The notes below the pieces were generated by a model, which was not told the DNA's origin, did no database searches, and saw only the letters and a program-made list of their open reading frames with translations. A stretch of 64,000 nucleotides of DNA from an uncultured bacterium. Its GTDB lineage: Bacteria > Patescibacteriota > Minisyncoccia > Minisyncoccales > UBA10102. Position 1 is the stretch's first letter, and the number at the start of each line of letters is the position of its first letter. The position numbers and the translations under genes were made by a program. This document shows positions 54,321 through 64,000 of this stretch, piece by piece. The stretch covers positions 6,868 through 70,867 of the forward strand of contig CAJXJI010000001.1 of assembly GCA_913054235.1 (NCBI GenBank), in the 5' to 3' direction.

Positions 54321-55514
54321 TTACAGTGAAAACTTTGGTATTTTACCTGCAAACATAAATCCTAAAGATAATACTGCTGCACCAAAGAAAATACCATTAA
54401 TTGGCAGTAAAGGAAAGACCCAAAACACTAAGGCTGCCAACCCTAAAAATATAAAACGCGTAACATTTATAATGATCTCTCTGTTTACAATGAACTCATC
54501 GGCTTCCTCTCCCTTTTCCGCTGCCTTTTCATAGAAAAAGGTTTGAAAAGGAACTGCAGCAGCAGATCTTGAAAGACGATACAGCGTATGGGCAAGAAAG
54601 GCATCAAAGGTGGTAGCAATGAAATATTTAATAATCCAAGAAATACTCGTCCACAAGGCCCCTACATTTAAAAGCCAAGGGCGCTCTGTTGTATCTGAAA
54701 CTTTACCGATATACAGCATAAACAAAGAAGAAATAACCAAGGAAAAAGACGCAATGGCCCCCATAGATTCAAATGTAACCGCAAGAGAAAACAAAAATAA
54801 CGGCCAAAATATAGAAACAACTATTACCTCAAGGCCATTTGAAATAAAAGCAATACTTGTTTTAATGTTTTCTTTTTTCCATGCTCGTTTCCACGCCCCT
54901 TTATATGAATCGATATATACCTCATGAGTTTCTTTAGCGTACAGTAATGGAATAATAGAAGTGAGCAATACCACAAGTACCACTGCAAACAGCACAGGAT
55001 ATCCAAACAGCACGAGTATCCATCCTCCAAGAATAGGGCTTACAATCATGGGTAAAAGGCGCATCACATTAAGTTTCCCTACATCTTTTCCTCTGCTTTC
55101 TTTTGAAGAAAAACGGGCAAAGTCAGTATGAAATGCAGGCCAGAACAAAAGTAATCCAAAAATAATAAGCAGAACAGAAAGAGGAACAAACCAAAAAGAA
55201 ACGGGGAACAAAAACAAAGAAAGAAAATATCCAAAGTAGAAAAACAAGCTTACAAGAATGGATTTAGTAGGTCCTATCCTTGCCATTATCCTGCCTCCAA
55301 AAGGAGCGAGTACTCCATACGCTCCATATATGATGGCAAAGAATACAAGGGTAAGGGGTAAAGATTTATCAAAATACAAATAAAGATATATTGGCTCAAA
55401 CAATACCACCATACCTAAAGCCAGATTGCGAATGGACATTGCAATATAAAACTTGCTCACGTCTCTCTTTAAAAGATAGTCAAAATAGTGATGTGGGTTT
55501 AAAGAAAGAATCAT
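54321..55514 (-). CDS. MFS-family transporter
   Basis: About 12 predicted TM helices; GRIMARIGP-like MFS loop motif. Confidence 0.7.
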   Translation of the reverse strand: MILSLNPHHYFDYLLKRDVSKFYIAMSIRNLALGMVVLFEPIYLYLYFDKSLPLTLVFFAIIYGAYGVLAPFGGRIMARIGPTKSILVSLFFYFGYFLSLFLFPVSFWFVPLSVLLIIFGLLLFWPAFHTDFARFSSKESRGKDVGKLNVMRLLPMIVSPILGGWILVLFGYPVLFAVVLVVLLTSIIPLLYAKETHEVYIDSYKGAWKRAWKKENIKTSIAFISNGLEVIVVSIFWPLFLFSLAVTFESMGAIASFSLVISSLFMLYIGKVSDTTERPWLLNVGALWTSISWIIKYFIATTFDAFLAHTLYRLSRSAAAVPFQTFFYEKAAEKGEEADEFIVNREIIINVTRFIFLGLAALVFWVFPLLPINGIFFGAAVLSLGFMFAGKIPKFSL

Positions 55515-55520
55515 AGAAAA

Positions 55521-56111
55521 TTATTTGCGTAAAACTTTTGGTTTTGTTTTTGTAATATCAATTACTTTTGAGGGACGAGGATAAGGGAGTTTTCCTGCAT
55601 CAATGACTATATCTGGCTTATGCTTTCTTCTGTCAAATACCTCTATTATATCTTTACTATCAGCCAGAGAAGGTTTCCTTGCAAGATTAGCTGAAGTTCC
55701 TGTTAAGGGAATATCTATTTCTTTTAAGATTGCCTGAATAAACTTGTGCTTTGGAATACGAATACCAATAAATTCTTTTGTTCCGGTTTCTTTTGGCAAC
55801 ACTCCTTTGCTTTTTAAAATCAAGGTTGTCTTTCCTGGCCAAACCTTCTTCATATACTTTCCTTGCAAAAGAGAAACCTTTGCAAGGATTTTTGCCATAA
55901 CAATGTCTTTTACAAAAATTGGCAGAGGCTTCCCCTTTTCTCTTCCTTTTATTAAAAACACTTTTTGCACGGCTTTTCTGTTCGTAGCATTTGCCAACAA
56001 TCCATAGACCGTATCTGTGGGGCAAACAATAACTCCTCCATTTTGTAAAACATCCAAGGCAATCTTAACTTCTTTTTTAAAACTCTTTTTTGAGAGTACG
56101 ATAACTTTCAT
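55521..56111 (-). CDS. tsaC: L-threonylcarbamoyladenylate synthase (YrdC/Sua5 domain, TsaC-type)
   Basis: GGVIVCPTDTVYGL and the YrdC fold; 196-230 aa depending on the start. Confidence 0.8.
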   Translation of the reverse strand: MKVIVLSKKSFKKEVKIALDVLQNGGVIVCPTDTVYGLLANATNRKAVQKVFLIKGREKGKPLPIFVKDIVMAKILAKVSLLQGKYMKKVWPGKTTLILKSKGVLPKETGTKEFIGIRIPKHKFIQAILKEIDIPLTGTSANLARKPSLADSKDIIEVFDRRKHKPDIVIDAGKLPYPRPSKVIDITKTKPKVLRK

Positions 56112-56213
56112 TCCATAGTATATCAGTTTTTCAACTAAAAGAAAAAAGCTCATGAGGAGCCCTTCGAATGTGCTGTATGAGGTGTCACCCTCCCTGTTTG
56201 GGCAGAGTAACAC

Positions 56214-56517
56214 CTTAAGAAGGATATCCCTGGAGAGCGCTAAGGCAAAACACGCTCCAGAAAAAATGCTAAAAAGTGCTTTGCTTCACCCTCCCTTTCC
56301 CACTAAGGAGAGTGAAGCAGGAAGAGAACCTCCCGGAAGGAAAGATCCTCAAAAATGCGGAGGGGGGAGAGCATTGCCTCATCGTGCTACCGTAGCAAAA
56401 ATAAGACAAACCTCTACCTGGGAATGTGGAAATGAGCACCCTCCTGACTAACATAAAAAACTACTCAATTATTATCCTATCTTACGCTCTTTATGCTTCT
56501 TGTCAAACAGAAGAACT
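56214..56517 (+). ncRNA. Candidate structured ncRNA of unknown class (GC-rich block; contains the SRP-RNA-like 10-mer CCGGAAGGAA)
   Basis: A roughly 300-nt gap between two minus-strand genes with visibly higher GC. Direct repeat UCACCCUCCCU at 56185 and 56276. Hairpin GCUUCAC-CCUCC...GGAG-A-GUGAAGC at 56271-56308. CCGGAAGGAA at 56323-56332 matches the apical helix-8 motif of bacterial 4.5S/SRP RNA. Strand and class are unresolved. Confidence 0.3.
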
Positions 56518-57405
56518 TTAAGTAGAAAGCTGTTGTTTGTACCATTCAAAAGTTTCTTCTAGTCCATGCGCTAGGGTATAGGATGGCTCCCACTTCAACT
56601 CCTTTTTTGCTTTTCCAATTGAAAGAGAACTTCTCTGCTGGCCTCCAGATTTCTCTCGTTCATAATATACCTTCGCCTTGCGTTGCGTAATGTCTTCAAT
56701 AATCTTTAATAGTTCGTTCAGAGAAGTTTCCTTTTCGGTTCCAATGTTATATGCCCCAATCGCGCTACTCTGCGCAGCAAGAATACTTACTCTTACAACA
56801 TCGCCGACAAAGACAAAATCGCGGGTCTGTTCTCCATTCCCATGAATAGAAATCTCCTTTTCAGATAAAATGCTTTCAAAGAATGAACCAATTACCGCAG
56901 TAGAGTGTTGCCTTGGACCATATACATTCGCAAAACGCAGAGCAACAAATGGAAGATTTAAGCTTTGAGAGTAATAAGCAAGATATTTCTCAGTAGTAGC
57001 TTTTGCTATGCCATATGGAGAGGGGCGATCAGGAGCTGCATCTTCTGGGGTCGGAAATGTGGATGCTTCTCCGTACACCGCAGCACTCGATGCGAATACG
57101 ATTTTCTTTACGCCAACTTTGCGAGCTGCATCAAGAACATTTAAGCTCCCCATAATATTTACGCTAGCATCTTGTGCGGGTTGTTCATTTGATACTCGCA
57201 CATTTGTTTGGGCTGCAAAGTGAAATATAACTTCTGGCTGTATATCTTCAAACACATCGAAGAGTCTGTGATCACAGATGTCTAAACCAGTTTTATTTTT
57301 ATTGTCAACGACAGTTACCTTATTGCCGTTTTCAACGAGTTTGTCTCTTAAATGACTTCCTATAAAGCCCTCACCTCCCGTAATGAGAATCTTCTTATTG
57401 CTCAT
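56518..57405 (-). CDS. NAD-dependent sugar-nucleotide epimerase/dehydratase (SDR family)
   Basis: ILITGGEGFIGSHL Rossmann motif; YxxxK catalytic pair in PYGIAKATTEK. Confidence 0.85.
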   Translation of the reverse strand: MSNKKILITGGEGFIGSHLRDKLVENGNKVTVVDNKNKTGLDICDHRLFDVFEDIQPEVIFHFAAQTNVRVSNEQPAQDASVNIMGSLNVLDAARKVGVKKIVFASSAAVYGEASTFPTPEDAAPDRPSPYGIAKATTEKYLAYYSQSLNLPFVALRFANVYGPRQHSTAVIGSFFESILSEKEISIHGNGEQTRDFVFVGDVVRVSILAAQSSAIGAYNIGTEKETSLNELLKIIEDITQRKAKVYYEREKSGGQQRSSLSIGKAKKELKWEPSYTLAHGLEETFEWYKQQLST

Positions 57406-57452
57406 AAAATCAATATTACCTTATTCTCAGCATAAAAAAAGGGGGCTGGTTT

Positions 57453-58226
57453 TTACCAGACCCCTTTGAGTTCTGCAAAAGACGCGGCAACGAGATTGTG
57501 AAATAAATTGGTAAGATAGATTCTACCATCAATTTCCACGATCCCCTTACACAGAACATCCTTGAACCCGTCCTTGGTGAGAAAAACTCTTCCCAAGATA
57601 CCCTCATGGTCTTCACGAGGTTCTCCTAAATTAGGAGTCACATGAACCAGCCAAATCTCAGACATCTCTGAAGTAATACCAGGGAGCATCGGACAGCCAG
57701 GCGAATCACGGGAATCCAGTCTTTGTGGTTCTCCGATAAGAGATAGATTGCCTTCAGCAACAACCTCTTCCTCAATAGACTCCAGAATAGTCTTGCCTAT
57801 ACGCTGTCCAAAAGAAGGGACTTCAAGCTCCCATCCTTCCCCAAAATGCTGATGGAGTGTGGGACGCTGATGCTTAACCATAACCACGCGCTTTACACCA
57901 TCGTTGTCAATCCACAATGGGAACAGTACAATCCCTTTTCCATTGTATATCTCCGAGCGCGCCACCTGGTGATAAACCCCATAGCTCCCATCTGCCCTTT
58001 TAACAGGGTGAAGGAATATAACTATAGGAGAGGTGGGGGTAGATAAGACAAATACGCGAGCCTTGTCTCCCGTTGCCTTTTCCCAAGCTTCTATCTCTGC
58101 TGGTTCTGTGAGAATACGAAGCGAAGAAAAATTATTTCTTGGAATCACACGAGCAAACTGCTCAAGTGCTTTAAGGTATGGGATTTCCTGAATAAGCTTC
58201 TTTGCAGTCATCGTGTTTTCCTCCAA
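57453..58226 (-). CDS. Hypothetical protein, possible divergent Nudix-fold
   Basis: 257-aa ORF; the segment SFGQRIGKTILESIEEEVVAEG is only loosely Nudix-box-like; no confident motif. Confidence 0.35.
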   Translation of the reverse strand: MEENTMTAKKLIQEIPYLKALEQFARVIPRNNFSSLRILTEPAEIEAWEKATGDKARVFVLSTPTSPIVIFLHPVKRADGSYGVYHQVARSEIYNGKGIVLFPLWIDNDGVKRVVMVKHQRPTLHQHFGEGWELEVPSFGQRIGKTILESIEEEVVAEGNLSLIGEPQRLDSRDSPGCPMLPGITSEMSEIWLVHVTPNLGEPREDHEGILGRVFLTKDGFKDVLCKGIVEIDGRIYLTNLFHNLVAASFAELKGVW

Positions 58227-58313
58227 AAGAGTGAGCTACGCCCACTAAGAAGCACGCAAACAAAGATGTCAAGCCCCTGTTCTTTTTTAGAAAAAGGTGT
58301 ATAAACAAGAGAT

Positions 58314-58991
58314 ATGCAAGCAGTTATTCTCGCAGCGGGCAAGGGTACGCGCATGCGGCCCTTAACCTCAAAACTTCCCAAGCCACTTTTGCAAATTGGG
58401 GGGCAAAGAATTTTAGAACACACCATCGAACAACTACACGGAATCGTGGACGAAGTGATTCTGGTAGTAGGATACAGAGGAAAGCTCATTCAAAAATCTT
58501 TTCGGGATAATTACAAGGGAATAAAAATCACCTATGCGTGGCAAAAAGAGCAATCGGGTACGGGGGACGCAGCAAAACAAGCACTCCCATTTCTAAAAGG
58601 ACCCTGTCTTTTCATAAATGGGGATGATCTGTATGATAAGCGCGATATCAAAAAGATTCTAGGAAAGTATCCTTCAATCTTGGTCGCCACAACAGAACAC
58701 CCTGAACGCTATGCAGTAATAGAAACAAAAGGAAATAGAGTTATAAGCTTGTTGGAAAAACCAAAACACCCTACTGGAAACCTCGTAAGCGTAGGAATGT
58801 ATTTTTTGGATCCCTTAATTTTTCAATGGAATATCAAAAAATCTTCAAGGGGAGAGTATGAGTTTACTGACTATATTCGAAAATGGCTCAAAAAAAAGAC
58901 TTTGCATTATGTTATTTCGAGTCGCTGGATTCCTATTACTACTCCAGAAAATCTTCTTGAAGCAAAACGCATTCTTAAGCTGGGTAACTGA
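58314..58991 (+). CDS. Sugar-phosphate nucleotidyltransferase (NTP_transferase family)
   Basis: MQAVILAAGKGTRMRPLT (the G-x-G-T-R motif of glucose-1-P thymidylyl/uridylyltransferases). Confidence 0.8.
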   Translation: MQAVILAAGKGTRMRPLTSKLPKPLLQIGGQRILEHTIEQLHGIVDEVILVVGYRGKLIQKSFRDNYKGIKITYAWQKEQSGTGDAAKQALPFLKGPCLFINGDDLYDKRDIKKILGKYPSILVATTEHPERYAVIETKGNRVISLLEKPKHPTGNLVSVGMYFLDPLIFQWNIKKSSRGEYEFTDYIRKWLKKKTLHYVISSRWIPITTPENLLEAKRILKLGN

Positions 58992-59027
58992 CCCTCTAAA
59001 TTGATATCAGGCTACCTCCAGGAGAAA

Positions 59028-60863
59028 TTACTCTACCGTTACTGATTTTGCAAGATTCCTTGGTTTGTCTACGTCGTATCCTTTCAATATTCCCATATAA
59101 TAGGCAAAGAGTTGGAGCGGAATAACAGAAAGGATGGGGGTAAGCATCTCTAAGGTTTTGGGAATATATATCACATCGTCTGCGATAGTTTTAATATCCT
59201 CATTGCCTTGTGTTGCAATAGCAATCACTGGTCCCTTTCTTGCTTTTATTTCTTGAATATTAGAAATCATCTTTTCGTACACAGAATCTGAAGGGCATAA
59301 GGCAATGGTTGGAAAATTCTCATCAATCATTGCAAGGGGACCATGTTTCATCTCTCCAGCCCCGTATCCTTCAGCATGAATATATGAAATCTCCTTTAAT
59401 TTTAGTGCTCCTTCCAAGGCAACAGGGTAGTTATACTTTCTTGCAATAAAGAGAAAATCCCTTGCGCCTTGATACTTTATTGCAATCTTCTCCATAATGG
59501 CATTTGTCGTTTCCAGAGTTTCTTTTACAAGCACCGGAAGGTTTGCTATCTCCTTTGCGATTCTTTGACCCATAGTAAAAGACATGCCTCGTTGCCTTCC
59601 CAAGAACAGGGTGAGTAAAGCCAATACTGTGAGTTGTGAAGTAAAAGCCTTGGTGGATGCTACTCCAATCTCAGGGCCCGCATGATTATACACTCCTGCC
59701 TCAGTTTCTCTAGCAATGGAAGAGCCAACTGTATTCACAATACCCAGAGCAAGCCCGCCTTTCTTTTTTACCTCTTTTAGAGCAGCGAGAGTATCTGCAG
59801 TCTCTCCTGATTGAGAAATAAACAAGTATGCAGTCTTTTTATCTATAATAGGCTTTTTGTAACGAAATTCAGAGGCAATATCTGCCTTCGTTGGCATGCC
59901 AGTATACTCTTGGAGCATATATGTTCCTACCGATCCCGAGAGGTAGGCCGTACCACAAGCCAAAATCTCCACCTGCTCAATGTTCTTGAGTTTTTCTTGA
60001 ACCTGTTCCAATCCTCCCAACCTTACGTCTCCTGTATCCAGAAGCAATCTTCCTCGCAGGGAATTGATGATGCTCTCTGGTTGTTCCATAATTTCCTTCT
60101 GCATAAAGTGAGGATATCCCCCCTTCTTTGCGTCTTCCAGACTCCATTCAATTTCCTCAGCGTCTCTTTCAACCAATTCTTGTTGGTAGTTTTGGATAGA
60201 AAAAGTCTTTGGTGTAAGAATCGCAAGCTCACCATCTTCCAGATATATTACCTTGTTGGTATGGGTAATAACTGCAGAGGGATCAGAGGCCGCAAGATAC
60301 TCCCCGTCTCCCAAACCAATAAGCAAGGGGGCAGAATATTTTGCCAAGACCAGTTTTTCTGAATCATCTCTTGCAATAATGGCTAAGGCATATGCACCAT
60401 GAACCAAAGATAATGCTTTTCTTGTTGCATCCTCTAAATTTCCTGTAAAGAACTTTTCAATTAAGTGAGGGAGAACCTCGGTATCTGTTTCTGAAAGAAA
60501 AACATGACCTTCTCCTAAAAGCTCTTGTTTTAGCTGTTGATAGTTTTCAATAATCCCATTGTGAGCCACCCATATATTTCCTGTGCAATCTGCATGAGGG
60601 TGACAATTTTCTTCTGTTACTTGCCCATGTGTCGCCCATCTTGTATAGAACAAAAATGGGCTCCCTTCAAAATTTGTGCTTCTCAATTTTTCTTCAAGAG
60701 AAGCAACCTTACCCACGGCTTTTATCGAATCGATTTCCTTTCTCTCTTTGTTATACACTGCCATACCAGCTGAATCATACCCTCGATATTCCAAGCGCTT
60801 TAACGCCTCCATTCCAATGCGAATATCTTTTTGCTTTCCAATATAACCTACAATGCCACACAT
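59028..60863 (-). CDS. glmS: Glutamine--fructose-6-phosphate aminotransferase
   Basis: N-terminal MCGIVGYIG (Ntn glutaminase Cys); two SIS domains; C-terminal ...KSVTVE. Confidence 0.93.
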   Translation of the reverse strand: MCGIVGYIGKQKDIRIGMEALKRLEYRGYDSAGMAVYNKERKEIDSIKAVGKVASLEEKLRSTNFEGSPFLFYTRWATHGQVTEENCHPHADCTGNIWVAHNGIIENYQQLKQELLGEGHVFLSETDTEVLPHLIEKFFTGNLEDATRKALSLVHGAYALAIIARDDSEKLVLAKYSAPLLIGLGDGEYLAASDPSAVITHTNKVIYLEDGELAILTPKTFSIQNYQQELVERDAEEIEWSLEDAKKGGYPHFMQKEIMEQPESIINSLRGRLLLDTGDVRLGGLEQVQEKLKNIEQVEILACGTAYLSGSVGTYMLQEYTGMPTKADIASEFRYKKPIIDKKTAYLFISQSGETADTLAALKEVKKKGGLALGIVNTVGSSIARETEAGVYNHAGPEIGVASTKAFTSQLTVLALLTLFLGRQRGMSFTMGQRIAKEIANLPVLVKETLETTNAIMEKIAIKYQGARDFLFIARKYNYPVALEGALKLKEISYIHAEGYGAGEMKHGPLAMIDENFPTIALCPSDSVYEKMISNIQEIKARKGPVIAIATQGNEDIKTIADDVIYIPKTLEMLTPILSVIPLQLFAYYMGILKGYDVDKPRNLAKSVTVE

Positions 60864-60935
60864 ACAAATATCTTTTTAACAAGATTAAAACTCCTTACTC
60901 TTGTTAAGGAGCAAGCCTACTATCTTGTCAAGAGG

Positions 60936-63341
60936 TTAGTATGATACGAGATTTAGTAATTTTCCTTTCACAAATACTATGTTCTTTGGCTTTCCTGTGG
61001 GGAACCATTTCTTTATCTTCTCTTGCTTTAAAGCTAAGGCGACGGCTTCTTTCTCTTTGATGCCAGGAGAAACTTCCAGAATGTCTCTTACTCTTCCATT
61101 TACCTGTACCACAAGTCGAACAATTTTTTCCTCCAATGCTTTTGCATCATATGTTGGCCAAGGTTGTTCATGCACACTTCCCTTATTACCAAGCTTTCCC
61201 CATAATTCTTCTGTTAAATGAGGAGCAAAAGGTGAAAGGAGAATCAAGAGCGTATTGAATTGCTCTTTTGTTGGAGGATTCTTTAAAAACCCATTTGAAT
61301 ATTCCATTAAAGCTGCAATGGCAGTGTTATAGCGAAGACCTTCCAAGTCCTCAGTCACCTTCTTTATGGTTTGATTCCGTGCAACTTCAAGCTCATTACT
61401 CTCTTGTTTTGGGGCTTTAAAGTTTTCTTGAAAATTCCACAAACGATTAAAGAATCTTGAAATCCCAACAATGCCTTTGTCTGACCAATCTCCACCTTCA
61501 GCAAGAGGACCAATAAACATTAAGTATGTTCGGATTGTATCTGCTCCATGCGTTTTAAAGTATTCATCTGGGTTTACTACGTTCCCCTTGGACTTGGACA
61601 TCTTTGTTCCTTCTTTGGTAATTAATCCATGAGCACGAAACTTTAAAAAAGGTTCTTCAAACTCAATATGTCCCATATCTTTTAGTGCCATGGTAACGAA
61701 TCTGGTATACAAAAGATGAAGCACCGCATGCTCGTGCCCTCCAATATACATATCAACAGGGAGCCACTTTTTAGTTCTTATCTTATCAAAAGGTTCATCT
61801 TCAAATTCAACTGAAGGATAGCGAAAAAAGTACCAAGCTGAATCCAAAAATGTATCTGACACATCTGTTTCTCTTTTTGCTGGTCCTTTGCATTCAGGAC
61901 ATGTGGTTTCAACAAAGCTTGTAACTGAAGCTAAGGGAGACTTTCCAGTCCCAGTAGGTCTAAAATCTTCTACGTCTGGTAATAATACTGGGAGATCTTT
62001 TTCTGGAACTGGAATCGTGCCACACTTCACGCAATAGATAATAGGAATAGGAGGACCCCAATATCGCTGGCGAGAAATGAGCCAGTCTCGGAGATGATAC
62101 GTTACCTTCCCACCACCCCGTCCTTTCTTGATAAGCCATTCCCTCACTTTTATTATTGCTTCCTTTGAGCTTAAACCTGTAAACGAACCAGAATTCACTA
62201 AGGTGCCATAACCTATAAAGCATTCTTTAAGCTTTAAAATCTTTTCATCTTTCTCTTTATCTCCTGTGATTATAGTGGGCTTGAGTGGAATACTATACTT
62301 TCTTGCAAATTCAACATCACGCTCATCATGAGCATCTCCAAACAAAGCACCTGTTCCATAACCTATTAGGGCATAATCAGCAATCCAGACAGGAATCTTT
62401 TCCTCACTAAGAGGGTTTATCGCATAAAGGCCTGAAAAAATTCCTGTTTTTTCTTTTCCTTCAGCTTTTCTTTCCAATTCAGTTTTCTGTTTTGCTCTCT
62501 CTACATATTCTTGAACCTCTTTTACGTTCTTAAGAGAATCTACTATAGGATGTTCTGGCGCTAAAACAATAAACGTTGCGCCATAAAGCGTATCAACACG
62601 CGTCGTGAAAACCTCAACTTCATACTTAGAATCAACAACTTTAAATTTTATAGTTGTTCCTTCTGATCTCCCAATCCAGTTTCTTTGCGCAATCTTAGTT
62701 TTCTCAGACCAATCAATCCACTCTAAATTTTTAAGTAATCTATCTGCATACTTGGTAATCTTAAAAAACCATTGCTCAAGTTCTTTTTGAATTACTTCAG
62801 TGCTGCATCGTTCGCACTTTCCTTCAATTACCTGCTCATTTGCTAATACGGTCTTGCAAGAAGGACACCATTCAACTGGTGCTTCTTTTTTATGTGCAAG
62901 CCCTGCTTTATACAATTGTAAAAACAGCCATTGAGTCCATTTATAGTATTCTGGCTCTGAGGTAGTAACAGAGTGTTCCCAATCAAAAAGACTTCCTAGT
63001 TGCTTTAACTGCTTAGTAAAATGTGTAATATTCTTTGTAGTCTGCTCTTTTGGATGAGTTCCCTGCTTTATGGCAAAGTTTTCTGAATGAATACCAAAAG
63101 AATCAAATCCCATGGGCTCAAACACATCATTGCCTTGCATTCTCGCAAACCGTCCATGAATATCAGATCCGACAAAAGCATACACATTCCCTACGTGTAA
63201 TCCTTCAGCAGAAGGATAGGGAAACATCATTAGGTTGTAGTAGGGCTTTTTTGCCTTGGCAAGATCCACTTTCCACGTCTTATTTTTCTCCCAGATTTTA
63301 GCCCACTTTGCCTCTATTTTTTGATGATCGTAACGCTCCAT
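60936..63341 (-). CDS. leuS: Leucine--tRNA ligase
   Basis: Class I HIGH-region variant HVGNVYAFV; KMSKS motif; CP1 editing domain; 801 aa. Confidence 0.93.
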   Translation of the reverse strand: MERYDHQKIEAKWAKIWEKNKTWKVDLAKAKKPYYNLMMFPYPSAEGLHVGNVYAFVGSDIHGRFARMQGNDVFEPMGFDSFGIHSENFAIKQGTHPKEQTTKNITHFTKQLKQLGSLFDWEHSVTTSEPEYYKWTQWLFLQLYKAGLAHKKEAPVEWCPSCKTVLANEQVIEGKCERCSTEVIQKELEQWFFKITKYADRLLKNLEWIDWSEKTKIAQRNWIGRSEGTTIKFKVVDSKYEVEVFTTRVDTLYGATFIVLAPEHPIVDSLKNVKEVQEYVERAKQKTELERKAEGKEKTGIFSGLYAINPLSEEKIPVWIADYALIGYGTGALFGDAHDERDVEFARKYSIPLKPTIITGDKEKDEKILKLKECFIGYGTLVNSGSFTGLSSKEAIIKVREWLIKKGRGGGKVTYHLRDWLISRQRYWGPPIPIIYCVKCGTIPVPEKDLPVLLPDVEDFRPTGTGKSPLASVTSFVETTCPECKGPAKRETDVSDTFLDSAWYFFRYPSVEFEDEPFDKIRTKKWLPVDMYIGGHEHAVLHLLYTRFVTMALKDMGHIEFEEPFLKFRAHGLITKEGTKMSKSKGNVVNPDEYFKTHGADTIRTYLMFIGPLAEGGDWSDKGIVGISRFFNRLWNFQENFKAPKQESNELEVARNQTIKKVTEDLEGLRYNTAIAALMEYSNGFLKNPPTKEQFNTLLILLSPFAPHLTEELWGKLGNKGSVHEQPWPTYDAKALEEKIVRLVVQVNGRVRDILEVSPGIKEKEAVALALKQEKIKKWFPTGKPKNIVFVKGKLLNLVSY

Positions 63342-63431
63342 AATACACAGATTGTAACCAATTTACCCCTATTTGTCCATTCTCTCCTTCGTAAGCTTAA
63401 TTTCATGGAAGAATAGAGATATAATAGAAAT

Positions 63432-64000
63432 ATGACCATACCAAAATTCCAAAAGCTTATCTTAACTTGGCATAAAGAGAACCGAAGGGATATGCCATGG
63501 AGAAAAACAAAGGATCCCTATAAAATACTGGTGTCTGAAATTATGCTTCAACAAACTCAAGTTGTAAGAGTCTTGCCCAAATACAAAGAGTTTTTAAAAG
63601 AATTTCCAACTCTTAACTCTCTGGCAAAAGCATCCGATAAAAAGCTCCTTCACATATGGGCAGGTCTAGGATATTGGAAACGAGCCCTTTCTTTAAAAAA
63701 GACTGCACAAATAATATCTAAAGAATACCAAGGGAAATTCCCTAAAGAACCTGAACTCTTAAAAAAACTCCCTGGCATTGGTCCATATACTGCTGGAGCT
63801 GTTGCCTGCTTTGCTTTTCAAAGCAAAGATGCTTTTTTAGATACTAATATTAGGAGAGTATATCTTTATTTCTTTTTCTCAGGGAAAAATAATATATCAG
63901 ATAGAAAGATTCTTACTATTGCAAAAAAAGCAGTATGGAAGAAAAATCCAAGAGAATGGCATTATGCCTTGCTTGATTATGGCGCTGTGATTCTTAAAGA
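63432..64000 (+). CDS. mutY: A/G-specific adenine glycosylase MutY (HhH-GPD family), 5' partial at the window edge
   Basis: WHKENRRDMPWRKTKDPYKILVSEIMLQQTQV...LPGIGPYTAGAVACFAF (HhH-GPD); the ORF runs off the end of the window. Confidence 0.8.
   Translation, partial: MTIPKFQKLILTWHKENRRDMPWRKTKDPYKILVSEIMLQQTQVVRVLPKYKEFLKEFPTLNSLAKASDKKLLHIWAGLGYWKRALSLKKTAQIISKEYQGKFPKEPELLKKLPGIGPYTAGAVACFAFQSKDAFLDTNIRRVYLYFFFSGKNNISDRKILTIAKKAVWKKNPREWHYALLDYGAVILK

Noticed and set aside
1-64000. Search for transposases, integrases, rRNA operons and cas genes
   Set aside because: None of the ORFs carries DDE/HUH transposase, tyrosine/serine recombinase, Cas or rRNA signatures. The only tRNA is tRNA-Leu at 51616-51699.

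Overview
This 64 kb window is AT-rich (roughly 38% GC by eye), densely packed and almost entirely minus-strand. Core housekeeping genes dominate. The gene content and style (short FtsZ, truncated Mfd, a sigma70-region-4/HARE-HTH protein, a VirD4-like ATPase, one giant Thr/Ser/Gly-rich surface protein, many small hypotheticals) fit a reduced Patescibacteria/CPR-like genome; that lineage call is an inference from gene content, not a measurement. Recognisable genes include rnpB (RNase P RNA, antisense to a spurious predicted ORF), pgk, rnhA, secD/secF/secA, murB, clpB, htrA, ftsA/ftsZ, ybeY, rpsU, hisS, lepB, pth, mfd-like, topA, tRNA-Leu(CAA), folD, glyA, glmS, leuS and the 5' end of mutY. Regions that deserve a closer look: (1) an ECF sigma / anti-sigma pair directly upstream of a 1449-aa secreted surface protein, a TPR protein and a secreted HExxH metallopeptidase, where the giant protein and the peptidase share a coiled-coil plus peptidoglycan-binding-like module; (2) a polyamine operon speH-speE-speB-speE with two intact aminopropyltransferase paralogs; (3) an HtrA paralog with all three catalytic residues substituted, sitting beside clpB and a bona fide htrA; (4) a ~1.3 kb plus-strand islet of three small genes, each with a near-consensus promoter and its own terminator, including a 49-aa peptide or sRNA; (5) two GC-rich, hairpin-dense intergenic blocks (21.6-22.0 kb and 56.2-56.5 kb) that look like unannotated structured RNAs; (6) a 37-aa poly-Lys/Ala/Pro histone-H1-like ORF; (7) a 5'-truncated Nudix gene remnant abutting secA; and (8) a GT2 / methyltransferase / GH-A glycosidase / MGDG-synthase-like cluster next to ftsZ. 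No CRISPR array, rRNA, transposase or integrase was seen.
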